Positions 61,687 to 64,000 of a stretch of 64,000 nt of DNA are shown piece after piece. A program made the translations under genes and the position numbers. Below the pieces are notes generated by a model. That model saw only the letters and a program-made list of their open reading frames with translations, was not told where the DNA came from and ran no database searches. The DNA is from Curvularia clavata (Eukaryota): positions 1,178,001 to 1,242,000 of the forward strand of contig CP089274.1 of the NCBI GenBank assembly GCA_023920165.1, in the 5' to 3' direction. Position 1 is the first letter of the stretch. Each line of letters starts with the position of its first letter.

Positions 61687-64000
61687 CTACTCTTCGCTTA
61701 CAATTTCGCGCTCTCTACAAACAACACATCCTCTACCCACTGCCTTCTTGATAACATGCGCATGTGTCACCTTTGCACCAACACTGCGTGTCCACCTACC
61801 TCCACTCTCCTGGGCATCATTTGCAAGTTGTTGCTGTAAGCCCGCTGCTACGCTTGCGGTTGCATTTGTCTTAGGTAGCAGGCAAGCAAGATGGAAGACG
61901 TGACCGCATGCAAAGCCGACGAGGGTGTCACGAGAGGGAGGTAAAGGAGTGTTTCCGTCTGTGGTGGCAGATTCTTCTTCAGCTGTGGGGAGAGTAAAAG
62001 GGCGGTGGCATCCAACACAGTGGCCTGGCGGAGCATCGCCTTCTGGTGGACCAGGGGGAGTAGGATCGATGTTCGGTGCACTGGTTGCGGTGGACACAGC
62101 CTTTGTTGATTTGTCTGTTTTAGCCACGAATTTAGCTGCAGTTGCAGGATCCATGCCTTTAGGCTCAATGTCGATTTGTCCTTTTGCATGGCGGTGCTTT
62201 GCCTGCGTTGCAGGAACGCCATCGTGACAAGGAATGACTTCAAACTTAACGCCGCGTTTCTGTCCAGATCGCAATGTGTCCATGCCAGCGGCTACCTCGC
62301 CACGAAGCACACGTGCAACACCCTCGGAGATGGAGTATTGAATCTCGTATTCGCGGACCATGCGGCCAATGCCGTCTCGGAGGCCTTCGATTTCAAGTCC
62401 TTCTGGGATGCGGCGCACAAGTTTGATAGGATCGATTGCTGTACCAACCTCTTCGAGAAGACCGCGGATGAAGTGCGGCTTGTCCATGGAGTACTCCAAT
62501 AGATCATTCCAGAGGTCTGGGTCGTCTTGTTCCTTGGCGAACGAGATAGCAAAGCTGACATCGGAGAGCTTCTCGATGATGAGGTACAAGGCACGCTTTG
62601 TTTGACCTGTCTTGGAGAGGATGTGTCTGATGAGAGTCAGTTATGCTATCGCAATGAAGTCAGTCGTGGTGAGCACTTACACAAGTTCTGGAATGTACTC
62701 TCTCCTCTCACACTCTGCAGTGGCCTTGCTCAGATCGTAGCTCTGGGATTTGCGAAGGTATTCCATTAGCAGTGGTCGATCATACTCTGCGAATAGCTCA
62801 ACGATAAGATCCGCAAATTCCTCCGCGACAAGCTTGCCGTCAGCCACCAAACGGTCTTCGGCCACCCGCTCTTTGGCTGTCTTGGCAGTTCGTTCATGCA
62901 TTTCCGGCTTCCAAAGTTTTCGTAGATAGAAATGCAAAAAGGGTCTGAATGCTGGCCCTTTGGCTTGTAGTTGGCTCTCAACGTCGCTCGCTGGGATGGT
63001 GCCTCGACAGCCTTCCTCGACAAGAACATTGATGGCTTCTGCTGATGCCTCTTCCAACTCTTCCAATTTGGTTGACGCCGACTTCATCAGCTCTTTTGAG
63101 ACACCCATCATGATGAAGCCAGGGATATCGTCACGTACGGCTTCAACAAGATGGAAATCACGTATTAGCGTCATTGCTGCTTCGGCATTCTGTAGACGAA
63201 TATAGCAGCGCAGCGCCTCTCTTTGCCGACCGCTTGCCAGAAACAGTTTTGCCAGACCATCTTGTAATATGCGCCAATCCCTTCCTTGTACGTCGTCCTC
63301 AACAGACTCTTCAGTGACATCGCCAGCAGAAAGCTTGCTCTTGATAGCTTCAATGACACTGTTTATGTCAAAAAGATCGGGATCCCAATCCTCGAGCAAG
63401 TGCTTAAAGCGTATGCGATCGTGAATGATGTAGTGCCCAAGGATCACTTCATACACCATGGACGGGAGTGGCGGTTGTATCGGTTTCTTAGGGACATACG
63501 GCGAAATCTCGTTGAAATGATTCGTCTGGGCGAACTTCCACACCCAGTGTTCCCATCGCGCGGAATTTCCTAGCACGCGTCCAGCCACTTTACCCGCTTG
63601 TTTCCAATCGCCAGCACTGACCAGCTGCTGTACCCATAGGTCTCCGATTCGACGCTTTTCTTTCTCAACGGCTGAGTTCTGATTGGCTCTGGTTGCAGAC
63701 AGTGTCGTTTGCGAATCGTTGTCATCGGCGAAGAATTCGTGTAGGCTGCCCTGTTGCTTGACTGGCGTACCAGTATCAGAGGCGTCTGACGGCACTTGTA
63801 CGACCGATGCGATGATCTCAGGATGGTCCTCTAACAGCTCCCATGCATCTTTGTAGTTTTCATGCTCCAATTCCCATTGGAAGTGATCTGAGAGTTCTCG
63901 CTTGATGGCCAATACACAGTCATACGGACTTTGTATAAAGACCTTTAGACCGGCACTGGCAGCATTGGGATGTACTTGTGGTTGACGTTTTGAAGGTGTT
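61687..64000 (-). CDS. VPS41: HOPS complex subunit Vps41 (5' part runs off the window end)
   Basis: FIQSPYDCVLAIKRELSDH, WEHWVWKF, clathrin-repeat-like LMEYLRKSQSYDLSKA, KEQDDPDLWNDLLEYSMDKP, VRRIPEGLEIEGLR and a C-terminal RING-like FACGHVFHLAC; intron 62627-62680. Confidence 0.93.

Noticed and set aside
1..64000. CRISPR arrays, rRNA genes, secondary-metabolite backbone genes, intact transposons
   Set aside because: None seen; this is eukaryotic, mostly housekeeping sequence.

Overview
Gene-dense, intron-containing filamentous-ascomycete DNA (GT..CTRAY..YAG introns of about 45-165 nt). It looks Dothideomycete/Pleosporales-like, but that is an impression and was not tested. The window holds 23 protein-coding genes, mostly housekeeping: SPT7 (truncated at the left edge), a VanZ-like protein, RPS26, a CBS-PB1 protein, importin-beta3/PSE1, a cytochrome-b5 acyl-CoA dehydrogenase, a ubiquitin-like-AN1 fusion, an MCT-type MFS transporter, LDB17, a LETM1-like protein, a Nab3-like protein, an ICT1/Pth4-like protein, UTP6, CWH43, eIF3e, IMG2/mL49, a Zn2Cys6 transcription factor, a sugar porter, a LACTB2-like protein, EFM5, HNT1, an AUH-like hydratase and VPS41 (truncated at the right edge). 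It also has one intron-containing tRNA-Ser(UGA), two decayed Fot1/pogo-like transposase relics and a probable pseudogene of a small secreted protein. The main unexplained signal lies in the 6.3-kb gene-free gap. About 1.3 kb of the minus strand (~19313-20640) folds by hand into a nested, G-U-rich structure with telomerase-RNA-like architecture: terminal helix, core-enclosing helix, pseudoknot and a 5' splice site at the 3' end. Its template-position sequence, CAACCCAAC, does not encode TTAGGG. Other leads are a potentially cleavable UBL-LRGG|MPPK-AN1 precursor and a FarA-motif/PTS1-like gene set that includes a predicted dual-targeted LACTB2. All folds, alignments and family calls were made by eye from remembered motifs; no searches were run.
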